A stretch of 64,000 bases of DNA, taken from the NCBI GenBank assembly GCA_036172245.1, contig JAYWIR010000003.1, forward strand, positions 2,976,001 through 3,040,000. The letters run 5' to 3'. Source of the DNA: Raillietiella orientalis (taxonomy: Eukaryota). Within the stretch, counting starts at the first letter, position 1, and the number at the start of each line of letters is the position of its first letter. The notes beneath the pieces are model-generated. The model saw only the letters and a list, made by a program, of their open reading frames with translations, was not told where the DNA came from and made no database searches. Below are positions 63,246 to 64,000 of this stretch, in pieces. A program made the translations under genes and the position numbers.

Positions 63246-64000
63246 GTTCGTGAGTCCTTAGGCCAGTGCTTCCCAAAGTGGGAGATGCCTCCCCCTGGTG
63301 GTCTCTGGGACGATTCAGGGTGGGGTGGGGGTATAGTAGCCTCAAATGCAATTGGAGGGCGAGGTCTCGTCAAGCAAGTGTTGACAGACGAGCATGTCAC
63401 GCCTTTTCGGAAGATCCAGCATCCATCTGCGGGAATGTGTGCGTGTAATTACTTGTGTACAATACGATGCTATTAATAGGCGAAATTATGGAATCGAATT
63501 TGTATGAGAGGCAGCTAAAAAGATCATTAGTTTTTACAATAGTTTTGATGAAACAGCAAGTTGCACGTGTGTATATATATACATTTACTTACTACCATAT
63601 GTTTCTGTGTCTTCTAGTGTTTACTAATATAAAATTGTAGCAGGCTTGTGTCGGTACAACACTTTTTGAAGTGTACAGTTGATGCATTTGTCAAATTTTT
63701 TATTACAATATTGACGAAAGCAGGAGAACGAAGTCCTAAAAAAATTGCTGAGCATTAACATTTATTTATATATCATTTCTGTCGAATCAGTTGTGTTAAT
63801 TGGTAAATAAGAAGGTACATTTTCAGGGGGGGGGGGGAGCGCTGAGTAATTTTTTAACTGAAAAAGGGGTGGTAGGCCAAAGACTGGCCAAATAAGTTTG
63901 GGAACCTATGCCCTAGGCGAATGACGGTCCTTGGATGCTTGGCGAACCAAGGAAGAGGAAAGTCCTCTGTGGAACGTCCGTTGTGCATCAGCTCGTCGCC

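Overview
Animal genomic DNA, probably a compact-intron arthropod (introns 41-83 nt). Two AT-rich host genes bracket the window: MEIOC (minus, 291-2145) and CCDC32 (minus, 59409-60153). Between them lies ~54 kb of GC-rich sequence full of decayed non-LTR retrotransposon fragments, organised as two interlocking inverted duplications. Palindrome 1 has ~4.3-kb arms (6204-10511 / 12366-16659). Palindrome 2 has ~13.5-kb arms (15299-28707 / 31098-44863) and carries two intact, convergent 9-exon SLC22 transporter genes. The main observation is that the two SLC22 copies are almost identical over kilobases of exon and intron, yet 17 substitutions (8 amino-acid changes) cluster in three short windows encoding predicted TM1, TM10 and TM11. 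This suggests gene-conversion homogenisation with selectively preserved specificity islands. Other points: a diverged CCDC32 paralog with intact splice sites in the palindrome-2 spacer; a ~0.7-0.9 kb tRNA-headed element made of many short hairpins (two diverged copies); and non-homologous cores in intron 1 of the two SLC22 copies. All comparisons were made by eye, protein families were recognised from memory, and TE boundaries are approximate.
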